The position numbers were made by a program, and so were the translations under genes. Shown piece by piece: positions 34,201-45,220 of a DNA stretch of 64,000 nt. Under the pieces are notes generated by a model, which saw nothing but the letters and a program-made list of their open reading frames with translations, did not search any database and had not been told where the DNA came from. Within the stretch, counting starts at the first letter, position 1. Each line of letters opens with the position of its first letter. This stretch comes from Caecitellus pseudoparvulus (lineage: Eukaryota > Protista > Bigyra: Bicosoecida): assembly GCA_965644315.1 (NCBI GenBank), contig CBFFRQ010000028.1:62001-126000 (forward strand), in the 5' to 3' direction.

Positions 34201-35519
34201 AGGACAATGTGGAGTTTTCGTCGCACACAGCGAGGCACGCCTACATGCGAGCTCTGTTCCAGAAGCACACAGAAGCTGCGAAGAACCGCCACGACCCGGC
34301 GACGCAAGAGGCGTGGGAGGCATTGCTGTCTGGGGCGACCGTCTTTGGCACAGGGCAACTGTTTGAGGACTCGGTGACGACCCTGTTGGAGCTGGGGCTG
34401 TTCGGGTCGGAGTACACGCCACTGTCGAATGATGCTGGCAAGCCCCCGACTCAGATGCTTCGGACGTACTCCTTTGGGCTGGACAAGGACTCGTTCCCGG
34501 CGGAAAGGGTCAAGCATGAGGTGACAGGGGCCGGCTTGTCTCCAATGGACGTGCAGATTGTGCAGAACCTGGAGCCTGGGAACACGCATGTGGTGCGCAC
34601 TCCCCACGTCTTTCCAGCAGTTGACTTCGTTGTATTCAGACGGCCGAAGGAGTCGGAGCAGGGGCAGCTGGAGGTGGCCTTCATCGAGACCACCATTTCT
34701 TCCCTGTCCGTGCACGGTTACGGGAGAACCCTGGAGAAGCTGAAGTTCGCAGGCGTCCCCCCGAATGACTTGAAGGATTTACAGCTTCCGAACACGCTGA
34801 AAGACATTGCCAACCTTGCGTGCAATCTGAACTACCACACAGAATTGGACGGGAACAGGGTGAAGTTCACACAAGCAGCTGGGAAGCGAGGTCAGCAGAA
34901 GACAACGATGGCGAACTCCATTTTGTGGATGTTTGGGGTCCCCATTGACCTGAATTGCACAATTAAGTCAATTCCATCCACTGGCCACTTCACCAAGATG
35001 GCCATGGATCCGACGATGCTGAGTGAGGAGCAGCGTCGGCGAGTTGGGGCGGCCACGGCAGAGTTGCTTCGACTGGCGACAACTCAAGCTGCCAGAGATC
35101 CAGTGCTCTCAGCAGCTATTTTCGAGGAAAGTGCGTCGCCCACAGACCTTGGGCAAGAGGTCACCGACCACGTCAGTGAGGCATCCGAGGCAGCGTCCGA
35201 CATGCCTGGCGTTGAGGCTGAGGCCATGGAAGTGCAGCCGCACGCTGATGCACAGGTTGGGAGCAGCACGGAGCCTCCTCTCATGACACTAATCCGATCT
35301 GAAGATGATGTGAAGGTCTACTTCATCTACTGCACGTCCAAGGGTCAGGACAAAGGAGAGGAGCACCATGACTTGAAGCATGTTGAGATCCCTGGCTTCT
35401 TCGGAGTGTTCAAGGACGGGTTCCTGCCCCCCGAGATGAAGTCCCTGGAATCCCAGCTTTCAGTCAACATTGAAGAGTCATCGCCCTTGCCTAGGAGGCA
35501 GTTGCCGAAGTCAAAATAA
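31218..35519 (+). CDS. Crinkler/RHS (CR)-type protein: presequence-like N-terminus, coiled coil, P-loop NTPase, PD-(D/E)xK-like nuclease
   Basis: Exons 31218-31568, 31642-32094 and 32175-35519 joined by two phase-0 GT-AG introns give ~1382 aa in frame. Walker A 'AVHGTGKS', Walker B 'FIIDEA', 'VVAFSPD', 'LGGVPRSL'. REase-like 'GQLFED..PHVFPAVDFVVF..FIETTIS...H'. Confidence 0.8.
31964..32064 (+). repeat. 33-bp coding tandem repeat x3 (KALKAERVERQ coiled coil)
   Basis: Units start at 31964, 31997 and 32030 and are near identical. Confidence 0.93.
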
Positions 35520-36103
35520 CTCCGCTGTTGCCACATTCGTCCTTGCGGGGGGCTGACTGTGCCTTGTTGACAGCCTTTGCAGGCTGGAGTCGGACTTTGT
35601 TTCCTCAGAGTGGTTGGCACGGGGATCTTGGGTTTCTGATGTGAGAGTTCAGTGAGTGAAGAATGTAGACATAGCAGCGTGAGAGGCGGGAAAGTGTGGT
35701 GTGTCTGGAGTGTGCGTGCCGGTGTTGGAACTACGATGCATTGCCAGCCTCTTGCTTTATTCAACGCTCCGTCCGTGCTTTCTCCATTTCTGTTCGACCC
35801 AGCCCAAGAGTGGCGTGGCTCAGCATGATCCAGGCGGCAGGCGTGTGTTGCGGGCTCGCCGCGCTGGAGTAGCATTGGCCTGCTAGCTAACGCAGAGTCA
35901 GAGCCGGGCGGGCGTTTAAGACAGCTGGAAAGTAACCCCCACCCCGACCATCTCCTTTCGGTTCGGATCACCAGCGTCGTGGGTTGTAGGGAACTCGGCG
36001 TTTCGAAGGTGAAGGATGCGTCTTTGCACCCGGTTTTTGAGCTCCCTCACCTCAAGGGACACACACTCATATTCATCGCCATGACAAACTCTGGGCACAG
36101 AGC

Positions 36104-36204
36104 CAGGGATCTCAGGGGTGTCCGGGAAGCTATTTCCGCACCTTTTTTGCTGAGATGCCGGACACCCAAACCATAGGGGGGGGTGCCCCTCCTGTGGACC
36201 CCCC
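36104..36204 (+). repeat. Structured repeat copy B (begins CAGGGATCTCA)
   Basis: Direct copy of 28510-28609 with internal inverted pair GGGTGTCCGG/CCGGACACCC. Abuts the hAT transposase remnant. Confidence 0.92.
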
Positions 36205-36213
36205 TCGCCGTCC

Positions 36214-37500
36214 GTGTCCATGGCGCTGGGAGTCACTCATCCTCCGTCTGCTTGCCAGCGCTGGTTCCCGAGCAAGTTCAAGTGCCACCTTGCCATCAAT
36301 GCACCAAATAACATCAATGCTGTGTACTCTAGGCTTGATATTTACGCCTCTAGGCTCCGAAACTCGACCAGATTCGTTTGCAACGGCGGTGCTGTCATGA
36401 GGGGTTTCGGTCACGTTCCACCTTCGCTGCATGATGGCGGAGGGCGCGGCAGTGTCTGAAAAAGCTATGACTGTCACTAAGCTCGCTCCAGTTCTTCATT
36501 TCTCACCAGGGTGCAAGGTCTTGCCCACTGTGCCTGCCTCTTGCGAGTGCTTTGCAGCCAGGAGGCATGCCGTCACTTCTGCGATACCAAGACCATGGAC
36601 CAGAGGAAGGCTGCAGCTCAGCACTGGAAGGCTGTGTGCCCAGATCTGCGCGTTGGCGACTTCCTTCTGCTTACAATGCTTGGGCTGAAGGGGTGGAAGG
36701 CAAAAGGGAATAGTCTCGCGGATTTCCAGCGGCCAGATTTGCGCACTGGAAAACCTATCCTGTGGTCCGAGACCCTGAAGTGCTTTGTTGAAGCACGAGA
36801 GGAAACACTTCTCAGGAAGCACCTGCCTGCCATGCATGGCATGACCAAGCAAGAAGTTCTTGCACTGGCCAAGACGTTCAGTGTTGAGAAGCCCATGAAA
36901 GCTCAGCCTGGCAGTGACGCGCACAGAGCCCTGCTAGGTGATGCAAGGAACCTCGTACATGAGGCACAGGTGCTTCTGCAGACAGCGCCTGTCTCGGCGG
37001 AGATGATCGCACGTGATAGCATGTCTCACTTGCGAATGGCTCAAAAGCTTCTGGTGCAGAGCTTCACTTCGATTGGGCTGTCGCCGCAACAGCCCAGGTC
37101 ATGTCCCCTGAGAACCACATGCTGATGACCGTATGGGGTTCAGAAGCCACTTCAAACACGACGCACTGCCACATTCGGCGAGCAGCTGGCCACATTGCTG
37201 CTGATTTGTGCATGGAACTGGCAGAGGAGCCTTGTGGTTGACTGGCGTGACTTCGTTGCGGTCTGTGGGAGTCAACGAGTGCTTGCATCCAGTGCGGTCT
37301 GCAGCGACAGCACAAACCTAGCCGCGTTCTGCACGCATCTGGAGGCATGGAGGAGGGGGGAACGAGCTGTTGGGCCCCTCCTTTCCCATGTCGCGCGGGC
37401 TGTGTGCTCAACACCGGCCACAAGTGCAAGCGCTGAGCGTTTCTTCTCCGTGCTGACCTTCTGGGATGCCTGTGGTAAGAGGACCAGGGCACACACTACT
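36214..37500 (+). pseudogene. Decayed hAT-family transposase (C-terminal half)
   Basis: hAT dimerisation motif 'W....GPLLSHVARAVCSTPATSASAERFFS'. Weaker upstream echoes of TRWNS ('QRWFPS') and ATLLDPRFK ('LTMLGLKGWK') lie in different frames, separated by stops and frameshifts. Confidence 0.8.
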
Positions 37501-38460
37501 GCTTGGCAGCGAACTCTTGCTGCTTTCCTTCCTGCAGCTGGTGGCTCAGTGCGGCAAGGACTGGCTGCCCCCCCCCCCTTCACAGTGAGCAGCTCATCAG
37601 TCCGCCCCGGGCGCCAGGAGCAGGGCCAGGCACTCGGCACGAGCCTGGATGGGCTAGCTGTGCGGCTTGTTTCCTCTCGAGCTGCTCCTGCTGCGCGTGC
37701 ATGCTCCACTGCTGGGGCTTCATCTGCCCCTTCACGCCGGGCTGTTGGTGGCAAGAAGAGGGGGTCGTGCAGGAGGAGCACCTCCAAGCGGTCCCAAGAA
37801 GGCGCTAAGGTCCGGTGGAGGGAAGCGGGGAACGCTTCTTGATGTGTGGGGAAGCTGGCCAGGTGCTGAAGTGAGTTTTCCAATGCATAGTTGAGTTTGG
37901 GGGTAATTTATTGCGGGCTTTGCTTTCGGGCCCGAGTCACTGCTTGTGGAGACAAGTTTCAAGGATGATCCAAGGGAGTGGATCCGGGAGCTCAATGAGG
38001 GCGCCTCCGCCTGCGTGATACTCCTTCCCTTTTGCACGATTAGGGCAAAGTTTCACTGCAAAGGGTGTCTGCATTCTTTTTTCATCCCGCATTGCTTTTG
38101 CTCCTTGTGCAGGAGGGCGTACGGGGAGCTCTGGGCATCCAGGCAAGCGACACTACACAGACCACAGATCACCACGCCAATCGACACAGTGCCGTACAAG
38201 CAATATCGCGCACATTAAGCACTATTAGGGCTTGAGACCGTGTTGAGTAGGACAAGATTACCTGCCCAGATGCAAAACTGCAGCAGTATCCATTCAAAAA
38301 GTTGTAAAGAACACGAAGTTGCTTGTACGCTTTGCCGTGGAGTCGTTTATCAATTTGAAGCTCTTTCAGAGGCACACAGATTCACAGAGGACGACACAAG
38401 AAGATACATTCTACCAATGAAGCGATGCTATGGACTACAGGGTATCGTTCATTGAGGTCT

Positions 38461-38575
38461 TTGAGGGGGGGGATACGGGAACTGGCCGAAGGCCAGTTCC
38501 CGGACACCCGGGCGTTTGGCTGAGGGGGGACTTCGGCCTCTTGCCGGACACGGGGTGGGACGGGGCCGGACACAT
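38461..38575. repeat. Structured repeat copy C: perfect 12-bp hairpin plus three CCGGACAC motifs at the island's right border
   Basis: CGGGAACTGGCC-gaa-GGCCAGTTCCCG at 38476-38502. G-runs and TGAGGGGGG are shared with copy A. Confidence 0.8.
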
Positions 38576-38721
38576 TTGACTGTTTTGACTCAAAAAGTTC
38601 CCAGCAGAAGCCCACACCTGGTGAGGTTCGTGCCTCGACCCTTCCATGCTCGCTCGTTCCTCCGCACGGCAGCATCGAGCGGCAGTGCACCCCCTTGCGT
38701 TTCGACACGCGGCGTGGCAGC

Positions 38722-41700
38722 ATGGCACGTGGCGCATTGGTGCTGGCCATGGTGGCCCTGGCGGCCACCTGCTCGTCTGGCTTCATCCTGGGTGTGGACT
38801 TCGGCAGCGAGTTCATGAAAGTGGCCCTGGTGCAGAACGGCAAGCCCTTCGAGGTGCGTGGCCAGGCGCCAAGGCGTGCTACACCGCCACGTGTGCGGGG
38901 GTGCAAAATCCGCACCTGCGCCAGAGCAAGTGTCCTGCGCGGCGCACACGCCTCCCCACTCGCCCTGCCTCGCGCAGGTCATCACCAATATTCATAGTAA
39001 GCGCAAGACGCCCACCGTGATTGGTTTCTACAAGGGCGAGCGCTTGTTCGGGGCCGATGCAGAGCAGATTTCCACGCGCAAGCCCAAGTTCGTGCTGCGC
39101 AACCCACAAACCCTGCTGGGCCGCAACATGTCCGACCCCATCGTCCAGGCCCATGCCGCGCAGCCCTTCGTGGGCTACGACATCGTGCCCTCCGCCCACG
39201 GCGGCGTGGCACTGCGCCTGGCCCCACACGAGGACAGCTTCCCGGAGGGACGCACCTTCACTGTAGAGGAGCTGACTGGCATGCTGCTGGCGTACGCCAA
39301 GCACTTCGCCAGCATCTTCGCGGGCGGGGCCCCCATCTCCGACGCAATCATCACGGTGCCGGCCTTCTTCACGCAGCAGCACCGCCTGGCCATGCTGGAC
39401 GCCGCCGCCCTGGCGGGCCTGCGTGTGCTGGCGCTGCTGGATGAGAACACGGCCGCCGGCGTGCAGTACGGCATCGACAAGGTGCACACCAACACCACCA
39501 ACCTGCTCATGTTCAACTCCGGCTCCGCCCGCACCCAGGCGACCGTCATCCAGTACACCGCCTACAAGGCCAAGGGCTTCGGCAAGGGCAAGGTGGGGCA
39601 GGGGGAGGTGCTGGGCGCCTGCTGGGAGGACGGCGTGGGGGGGGCCTCTGTCACCCAGGCCCTCCTGAACCTGCTGGCCGACGCTGTGAACGCCAAGCAC
39701 AGCAAGGCGCTGGAGGGCGCCGACATCCGCACCCTGGCCCGCCCCATCTCCAAGCTCCTCAAGGCCGCCAAGAAGGCCAAGGAGGTGTTGTCTGCCAACA
39801 CCGAGTACACCGTGTACGTGGAGTCCCTCACGCCCAACATCGACTTCTCCCACAAGGTCCGCCGCGCAGACCTGGAGCAGGCCGCCGCGCCGTTCCTGGC
39901 AGGTGCCATGAAGCCCATCGCCTGCGCCCTGGAGGCCGCCAACCTGACCCTGGCCGACATCCACGCCGTGGAGCTCATCGGCGGCAGCGTCCGCGTGCCA
40001 GCCATGCAGGCCCTGCTGAAGGAGACCTTCGCGCCCGCCAACTTGACCCTGGGCATGCACATGAACGGCGACGAGGCCATGGCGCTGGGCGCCGCCTTCG
40101 TGGCCGCCAACCGCTCCACCTCTTTCCGCGTGCGGCAGGTGGGCATGGTGTCCACGACGCCCTTCTCCGTCGGCGTGGAGCTCACGGACCTGCCGGGTGC
40201 GGAGGTGGACACGCCCCTGTCCAAGCGCAGCACGCTGTTCAAGGCCGGCAACAAGCTGGGGAACCTGAAGAAGCTGTCCCTCAAGCACAGCACGGACATG
40301 GTGGCGTCCCTCGCCTACACCAGTGACGCCCCCCTGCCCGCCTCTGCCCAGACATTCCTGGCCGCGTACAACATCACGGGCCTGGCAGCTGCTGTGGCCA
40401 ACCACTCCACCCTGGACGCTCCCAAGGTGTCCCTCACCTTCCAGCTGGACCACAACGGCATCGTGCGCGTGACCAAGGCTGAGGCGGTGTTTGAGGAGTG
40501 GGTGGAGCCCGCGGCAACCACGCCGGAGGCTGCCAAGGAGGCGGAGAGCAGCCCCTCTCCCACTGCGGAGCCAGCCAGCGAGGACAAGGACAGCGCGGCT
40601 GAGGACAGCACAGCAGAAGACTCGCCAGACGCGGAGGGCACTGCCAAGGACGAGAAGGAGGACGCGGACAAGGGCGCCGATGCGGCGGATGAGAACACGG
40701 CCACAGCCACACCCGAGCCCACTGCCATTCCCCAGCCCAAGCGCAAGCTCATCCGAGTGCCCCTCACCGTCACCTTGGCGGACACCCCCGATTTCACGCG
40801 GGCAATGAACAGCAGCGAGATGGAGGCGTCTGCCGCCGTCCTGGCAGCGCTGCAGGCCATTGACGACGCCAAAGCCAAGCGCGAAGCTGCCAAGTCGTCC
40901 CTGGAGTCGTACATCTACGCGTCTCGGGGACAAATGGGGGAGCTGTACGAGGAGGTGGAAGCGGTCAGCACGGAAGAGCAGCGGGAGGCCATCTCCACAG
41001 CGCTGGAAGTGACCGAGGACTGGCTGTACGACGAGGGCGACAACACCAGCCTGGACAAGTACCTGAGCAAGGACGCCGAGCTCAAGGCACTGGTGCAGCC
41101 GGTGCTGGAGCGTGTCAAGGAGGCAGCCGAGCGCCCTGCCGCCATCAAGTCAGCTCGCAAGTTCATCGTCAGCACAGAGGCATCCCTGGCGGACTGGAAC
41201 GAGACGCGACCATGGGTAAGTCACCGCACCGCACCGCACCCTCACACGCCCTGGCACGGCTAGCTGGGCGGCGACGGATGGCAGCTCGCCTGCCACTTGA
41301 CGTCGCCGTCATGGCCCTGCCACACAGTACTGGCGCCCCCCTCCTGCGTTCCCTCACTGCCCCTGCATGGGGGAACACTTGTTTCTTACTGCGCCGGAAG
41401 TGGCCTTCGGGCCGCGACCAGCAGAGGGTGATGGCACCCAATCATGACGGGGTAACCCGTTGGAGAAGGTAACAACTGGGAGGGGGGCGCCACGCGTCGT
41501 GGACATTCCGGCGCCGTGCAAGGCATCACGCGCGTCTCACAGACCTCCCGCACATTCCACCCCCCCCGCCCCCCTGCGCAGTTGACGGACTACCAGCTGC
41601 AGCGTGCCGCAGATGCGCTCAAGGTCTTCACGGAGTGGCTGGAGGAGAAGGTGGCTGCCCAGGAGGCCAAGGAGGCGCACGAGGAGCCTGCGTTCACTGT

Positions 41701-42049
41701 GGCCCAGCTCAAGGGCCAGCGCCAGCCGGTTAAGCTGCAGATGAACATGCTGAAGCGTGTGCCCAAGCCGACACCCACACCCAGCCCCACTCCAGCTGCC
41801 GAGGCGGCAGAGGAGGCAAGCGCCAAGGCAGACACCGAGGCAAGTGGCGCAGATGCCGGTGAGGCCGACGCTGCCGCCGGGGAGAGCAAAGAGACTGCTG
41901 AGCCAGATGCCACCAGCGAAGGGGAGGCGGCGCCCAAGGATGGCGCGGAAGCAGCGCCCGAGGGTGAGGAGGACGCGGCACCCAAGAGCGAAGAGGAGGA
42001 CGCGGCAAAGGCAGACGCAGACTCTGAGGCGGGCAAGGAGGACTTGTAG
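38722..42049 (+). CDS. HYOU1: ER Hsp70-family nucleotide exchange factor GRP170/Lhs1
   Basis: Signal peptide, 'ILGVDFGSEFMKVAL', 'SKRKTPTVIGF', 'ITVPAFF', 'ELIGGSVRVP', 'NGDEAMALGA', 'LESYIY', 'EDWLYDEG'. Ends in KEDL*. Introns near 38854-38977 and 41216-41581. Confidence 0.93.
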
Positions 42050-42091
42050 GCACACCTGTAGCAATGCATTGCTGCAAGCCCCCGGCGCGCC

Positions 42092-42978
42092 TCAGATCTT
42101 CAGGGTGGTGCCTGCTTTGACAGACTTGAAGTACCTCCAGAAAAAGTCAGCGTACAGCAAGGTCTGGACGGCGCCACAGAACCAGGGCAGCCATGCTGAG
42201 TAGTGGGGCTCTGTCCACGCGCGGTAGATCCAGTTCAAAATGTACAGCGCCCTGTGGCAAGCAGTGTGGGGTAAGGACTGCGGCAGGGTTCCAGCACAGT
42301 CAGGCGCTTCGCGGATTCACACCTGTACGCTCCCAGCGTCGCGATGTAGTGGCTGGTAATGTTCTCCACGTCCTTGTCTCGGGTCAGCAGCACCAGCTGT
42401 GGGAAAATAGCAATGGCCTCCAAGAAGATGGAGAAAGACCAGCAGTACTGCGACGACGGGGCGGGTGAAGTGGGACGGCGTTACAGGCGCGTTTCATGCC
42501 TCCTGCCCCGAGCGCGCACACGCACCTCCCTGAAGATGAGCCAGACATTGAAGCCCGTCCAGTTGATGTCGTTGATAAAGAGCGCAAGCACTGCACAAGG
42601 CAGCACTGCAAACTTCCAGTGCAAGAAGGTGTCCCTCTCGAAAAGGTACATGCTCTTGAAGGGCTCCCGAAAACGGATGAGGTACACCAGCCCAGCAGAG
42701 GCAGCGATATAGAAGATCTTGAAGAGCGTGTTGTACAGAGACGTCTTGTTCGTGAACAGGTCCAAGTATCGGGTCAGGAACACGATCAAGTACAGCTCCT
42801 GGGTCTTCAGAGAGATTCCTGTGGGGAGCGGGGGAGCGCCAAGTGGCACAGGCGCCTGAATTTTCAGCCGCCCTCGCTCACCGTTGGCGTTCTTCGTCTT
42901 CATCAGCCTCCAGCCAAGGATGAAAAAGCTGGCCAGATGGGAAAAGTCACCCAGGATGCGGAAGCTATTCCAGTGCAT
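42092..42978 (-). CDS. ERD2: ER lumen protein-retaining (KDEL) receptor
   Basis: '[12 protein letters not shown]', '[22 protein letters not shown]', '[23 protein letters not shown]', '[10 protein letters not shown]'. Four exons. Confidence 0.95.
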
Positions 42979-43375
42979 GGCTGACAGGTGCTTGGGCAGT
43001 GTGGCGCTCAGGTTCCCTTCCCTGGTGCTGGGCGTCTGGACAAACCCGCTCAAGGGCTCTCCAGTCCTGCAAAGGACACAGCAAACAAGCTGCTCCCCAG
43101 TTAAGAGCTGGTTCGGCGGCAGCTGTGCGTGTGAAAATTGTGCCAAGTATGGAGTATGCCAGAAAGGATGACATATGTGTGCCTGGAGGTACTGTAGTTT
43201 GATCTTTCATCAGCCGATCATGCGCGCTCATTTCTGGTGAGTGCACAAATCACCTCAAGTGAAACATGAGCGTGCAGGTCTTCTACGTTTGAGTTGGCTG
43301 CACGGCCCTTCTTCACTGCTGTACTTGCAAGCTGCTTTCCTGGTGCTTGGCAGGCTGCGTAAGCGAGCTGGGGCC

Positions 43376-45188
43376 ATGCGCCTGACCTCGCCCGCACAAG
43401 TTGCTCCTGCTGCAGAGCAGAAGGATGGCAAGGCGGGAGACCAGGATGAGCAAGGCCCGCCCACCCAACCCACTGCCCCTGGCAAGGGCAAGGCAGGCTC
43501 GCTGAAGCGCTCCCGGACGATGGCTGTGCTGGAGCTTGCGCGCAGCATCAACGTTGCGAACATCCCGGCCAGCGCCATGGAAGAGTACAAAGTCCTCTTC
43601 GACACCATGGACGATGACAAAAGTGGAACACTGGAGCCTCACGAGTTGCGGATGCAGTTTCACCGAGTGGGCATTGACATTGACTCGGCTGACTTACGCT
43701 CCCTCCTCCGCGCCTTGGACGTTGACGGGAGCGGAGCCATTGACGCAGATGGTGGGTGCTCACAGTCGCAATGGGAGGATTTCCATGGGCGACACGCATG
43801 TCCAACGTATCACCCGCGTTCCCGTCTCACCAGCTGCTGTCGCTGCCTTGCCCGCGTTTCCCCTTGCGTTTCACTGTGCACCCGGTGCCCCATCCCTCGA
43901 CTGCAGAGTTTGCAGCGTTGCTCCACGCTTTCGTAGTCCAGAAGCGGGATGTTGGTGATGTTTCTATGTATGGAGACTTCAGCGATGACCCGCTTCTCAT
44001 GCGAGGTGTGTGCTGCGCCGGTTGGCGTGGCTCGCTCACCCTGGAAGCCTCCTCGCCCCGTCCCACCTTGCAGAGCGCGCCGTGCACACTTCGTCCTGGC
44101 TTTGGCTGCAACACCACACTTGGAACCTTATGGATAGACCTGGCTCCTCTATCCCCGCAACTGCAGTGTCGGTGGTCATCATGGTGCTCATTGCGGTGTC
44201 ATCCACCGCGTTTGTGCTGGAGACCGACCCGGGTCTGCGCACAGGGCACACCGCCGTCTTCTCGGCCATTGACACCGTCAGCGTGGCAGTCTTCACTGCT
44301 GAATATGTCTTGCGGCTGCTGTCGTGTCCGGACAAGCGTGCTTTCCTGCTGTCGGGCATGAACACAGTGGACTTGCTGGCCATCGTGCCATTCTACCTTG
44401 AGCTGGCCCTGGCCGGCAGCAGCCTGAAAGGCTCCCAAGTCTTCCGGGTCATCCGCCTCGTGCGTGTCTTTCGAGTAGTGAAAGTGTCTCGGTACCTCAC
44501 GTGGCTGAGGGTGTTTGGCTCCACGCTCTCGTCCAGTGGAGCGCCCCTGGGCATGATCATGTTCATTGCCCTCATCGCCACAGTCGTCTTCTCCTCAGCC
44601 CTGTACTACGCGGAGAGGGATTCCCCGCCCACAGAGAAAGATTACGCAACTGTGCCCTTCTCTTCCATCCCCATGGCAGCTTGGTGGTGTATTATTTCAA
44701 TGACGACGGTGGGCTTCGGGGACATGGTGCCCACGACCGCAGTGGGGCAGCTGCTGGGTGTGGTGACTGCCTTTGCTGGCATCCTCATCTTAGCCATTCC
44801 AATCTCTGTGATTGCGGCAAACTTTCACCAAGAGTACCAAATGTCCATTGTCACCAAGGTCCTGAACAAGGCGCACAACAAGGTGCAGCACGGCGAGGGA
44901 GGTGGTGACAGCCACGACAGCAAGACCCAGCACTGGAGCACGGACTTCCTGGTGTCAGCCCTCTCCCTCGCGAGGTCCAACCGCTCCCGCCTCATGACCA
45001 ACCTGAAAGCCATCGAGCGCGTGAATCGCGAAGACTGCTTGGAGGAAGTGCACGCCCTGGCAGACTTTGTACACAAGGCAGTGGAGGAGGACTTGCACAC
45101 CCCTCCCGAGCACTGCGTCGTGCCTCTTCCGAGCCATCGCCACACAGGGGACGGCCAGGCATCAGCAAAGGTGACCCCATTGAGCTGA
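43376..45188 (+). CDS. Voltage-gated K+ channel (6TM, Kv-like) with N-terminal EF-hand pair
   Basis: EF loops 'DDDKSGTLEPHE' and 'DVDGSGAIDAD(E)'. S3 'NTVDLLAIVPFYL', S4 'FRVIRLVRVFRVVKVSRY', pore 'WWCIISMTTVGFGDMVP', S6 'AIPISVIAANF'. Confidence 0.9.
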
Positions 45189-45220
45189 TTGCATTTGCAC
45201 CTCCCGCCGACTCCGGAACA

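Larger units (their letters stand above)
28423..38590. mobile_element. Lower-GC composite transposon-derived island (structured repeats, Helitron and hAT remnants, CR-type cargo gene)
   Basis: Visible drop in GC and collapse of gene density between PRPF4 and HYOU1. Related G/C-run hairpin repeats at both borders and internally. Two transposase remnants. No target-site duplication found. Confidence 0.7.

Noticed and set aside
35384-35394. TGAGATCCCTG, the perfect reverse complement of the repeat start CAGGGATCTCA, as a right TIR pairing with 28510
   Set aside because: It lies inside the intact CR ORF. The flanks do not form an 8-bp TSD (GTCAAAAG vs GCTTCTTC) and there are no subterminal CCGGACAC motifs nearby. 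Probably chance, though worth rechecking once other copies are known.
28510-36204. LTR or DIRS/Ngaro retrotransposon bounded by repeats A and B
   Set aside because: No gag, RT, RNase H or recombinase ORF, and no TG..CA ends or primer-binding site.
37860-38455. Small ORFs (37946-38218, 38169-38375) as genes
   Set aside because: Short, in AT-richer sequence, with no recognisable motifs. Likely non-coding transposon interior.
28423-38590. Endogenous virophage, Polinton-like virus or giant-virus insertion
   Set aside because: No capsid, packaging ATPase, protease, pPolB, integrase or tyrosine recombinase motifs. The one intact gene has host-type introns, and the GC drop is moderate.
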